Below are positions 34,494 to 35,658 of a DNA stretch of 35,658 nucleotides, in pieces. The notes beneath the pieces are model-generated. The model was given only the letters and a program-made list of their open reading frames with translations. It had not been told where the DNA came from and did no database searches. This DNA is from a virus. The stretch lies in the IMG/VR virus record IMGVR_UViG_3300034072_001378, positions 1-35,658 of that record; one strand, written 5' to 3'. Within the stretch, counting starts at the first letter, position 1. Each line of letters begins with the position of its first letter. The translations under genes were made by a program, and so were the position numbers.

Positions 34494-34520
34494 ATTTAAG
34501 TTCAAAAATTTCTTTAAAAT
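34494..34520 (+). repeat. 27-bp box; 34451-34520 is a 65/70 direct repeat of 33591-33660
   Basis: ATTTAAGTTCAAAAATTTCTTTAAAAT. Confidence 0.9.
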
Positions 34521-34523
34521 GTT

Positions 34524-34531
34524 TATAAATA
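34524..34531 (+). promoter_or_regulatory. T4-type late promoter TATAAATA
   Basis: Upstream of the gp13 RBS. Confidence 0.85.
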
Positions 34532-34550
34532 ATATTAAAAAGGAAATTAA

Positions 34551-35279
34551 ATGGCTAGAATAACATCTAAATCAATGCTAATTGATTATATTAAAAGCAC
34601 TTTAGGTGCCCCGATAATAAAAGTTGATGTAACTGATACGCAAATTGAAAATATTATTGATAATGCGGTTCAGAAGTTCACTGAATATGCGTATGGAACT
34701 CTTGAAGCAGCAGTTGTTATACAATTAAATGGAAAGGGTGAATATGCAATGCCTGATACTATGACAAATTTATTAAAATTATCTAAAGGCGGTACAAGTA
34801 ATCTTACAAATTTTAATGCTAATTTTGGATCAGGTTATGTACCAAATATTTGGTCTCAACAATATTTCTCTGGAAGTTTAACAGGTGATATTATACCAGC
34901 TATTATAGGAATAAGTACAACAACAGCAATGCTAGAAAAATATTTTGGTGATGATATTGTTTATAATTTTAATCCACATAGAAAAGTTTTACAAGTACTT
35001 GAAGCATTTGAAGGTCCTGCAGTTCTTTATTACCAATATGAATATCTTGCTGATGAACAAAATGATTTAATTTATAATCATGAATGGATAAAAGAATATA
35101 CAGTAGCTCAAACAAGATACCAATGGGGAAATAACACAGGTAAAATTGATAGGGAAATTGTTGGTGGAGGTAAAATTAACTACTCTGATATGAAATCAGA
35201 AGCTACGGCGGAGATTGAAAGATTAAATAGTGAATTACTAACGCGTTGGGCAGACCCAGCCCCAGTTTCCATAATGTAG
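34551..35279 (+). CDS. gp13: Neck / head-completion protein, T4 gp13-like
   Basis: LIDYIKSTLGAPIIKVDVTDTQIENIIDNAVQKFTEY; YNHEWIKEY...QWGNN..K...GGGKIN. Confidence 0.9.
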   Translation: MARITSKSMLIDYIKSTLGAPIIKVDVTDTQIENIIDNAVQKFTEYAYGTLEAAVVIQLNGKGEYAMPDTMTNLLKLSKGGTSNLTNFNANFGSGYVPNIWSQQYFSGSLTGDIIPAIIGISTTTAMLEKYFGDDIVYNFNPHRKVLQVLEAFEGPAVLYYQYEYLADEQNDLIYNHEWIKEYTVAQTRYQWGNNTGKIDREIVGGGKINYSDMKSEATAEIERLNSELLTRWADPAPVSIM

Positions 35280-35281
35280 AT

Positions 35282-35313
35282 TAATTTAGCTTTAATATTA
35301 TTTAGTATATAAT
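35282..35313 (+). promoter_or_regulatory. Early promoter repeat, copy 14
   Basis: TAATTTAGCTTTAATATTATTTAGTATATAAT. Confidence 0.85.
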
Positions 35314-35340
35314 ATATTATTAAAAATAAAAGGATATAAA

Positions 35341-35484
35341 ATGCAATATATGATAATAGATGAAAATGGGTATGGAGATCAAATCTTTTATGGAACATAT
35401 GAAGAATGCGAAAATCAAGTTGAAATATTGTGTTCTGAAACAGGTGAAAGTTCTGATTATTATAATATTGTTAAAAACAAATAA
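35341..35484 (+). CDS. 47-aa acidic hypothetical protein
   Basis: Not in the ORF track; AAAGGA RBS after the promoter. Confidence 0.7.
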   Translation: MQYMIIDENGYGDQIFYGTYEECENQVEILCSETGESSDYYNIVKNK

Positions 35485-35494
35485 GGAATAAATT

Positions 35495-35658
35495 TTGAAA
35501 AATATAATTTTAATACTTTTGTGTATAAACACATTTGTATTTTCCAATGAAATAACTGAAAGTTCTATACATCAAAAATATTTTAAAGAATGTAATATGT
35601 ATTTAAACAATAATACATTTAAAAGTTGTTATAATTTTAAAGCAAAAGGGGTAACAGC
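35495..35658 (+). CDS. 5' part of an exported protein, probably a DNA/RNA non-specific endonuclease
   Basis: AAGGA RBS, TTG start, frame open to the window end: MKNIILILLCINTFVFSNE...KYFKECNMYL...KSCYNFKAKGVT resembles the N-terminus of Campylobacter prophage-encoded nucleases. Confidence 0.55.
   Translation, partial: MKNIILILLCINTFVFSNEITESSIHQKYFKECNMYLNNNTFKSCYNFKAKGVT

Noticed and set aside
257-35547. All minus-strand ORFs in the track (e.g. 257..607, 1982..2221, 5350..5646, 23163..23519, 32968..33258, 35320..35547)
   Set aside because: They are antisense shadows of well-supported + strand genes, with F/L/I/S-rich composition and no RBS or promoter context.
35620-35658. Apparent promoter and RBS (TGTTATAAT...AAAGGGG)
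   Set aside because: It lies inside the open frame starting at TTG 35495 and encodes the conserved-looking CYNFKAKG segment.
1-35658. tRNA genes, introns/inteins, transposases, stop-codon reassignment
   Set aside because: No cloverleaf or T-loop signatures were seen, conserved genes are uninterrupted, no transposase motifs were found, and TAA, TAG and TGA all end genes at coupled junctions.

Overview
A very AT-rich, gene-dense segment of a large T4-like myovirus genome, with essentially all real genes on the + strand. The promoter style and an end-of-window nuclease suggest a Campylobacterota host such as Arcobacter or Campylobacter (inference). The window opens with the gp46/gp47 (Rad50/Mre11-like) recombination nuclease pair. 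About 28 kb of small early/accessory genes follow, organised in cassettes headed by a conserved 32-bp sigma70-type promoter (14 copies). It ends in a late module with TATAAATA promoters: GroES, two capsid-targeted proteins, small terminase gp16 and neck gp13. Recognisable accessory cargo includes an Acb2 anti-CBASS sponge, an Apyc1-like MBL phosphodiesterase, a CCA-adding enzyme, two PTH2-like peptidyl-tRNA hydrolases (one frameshifted), an unannotated ArfA-like peptide, a NYN nuclease, a TelA-like protein, a metallophosphoesterase and a nucleotidyltransferase. The main unexplained structure is a 27-bp box (ATTTAAGTTMAAAWWWWYTTTAAAWT-like, 9 copies in both orientations). It is coupled to a conserved GCTAGATA hairpin and brackets both a nuclease-less zinc-finger gene and a two-gene late cassette next to the small terminase. 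All protein calls come from motif recognition by eye, not from database searches.
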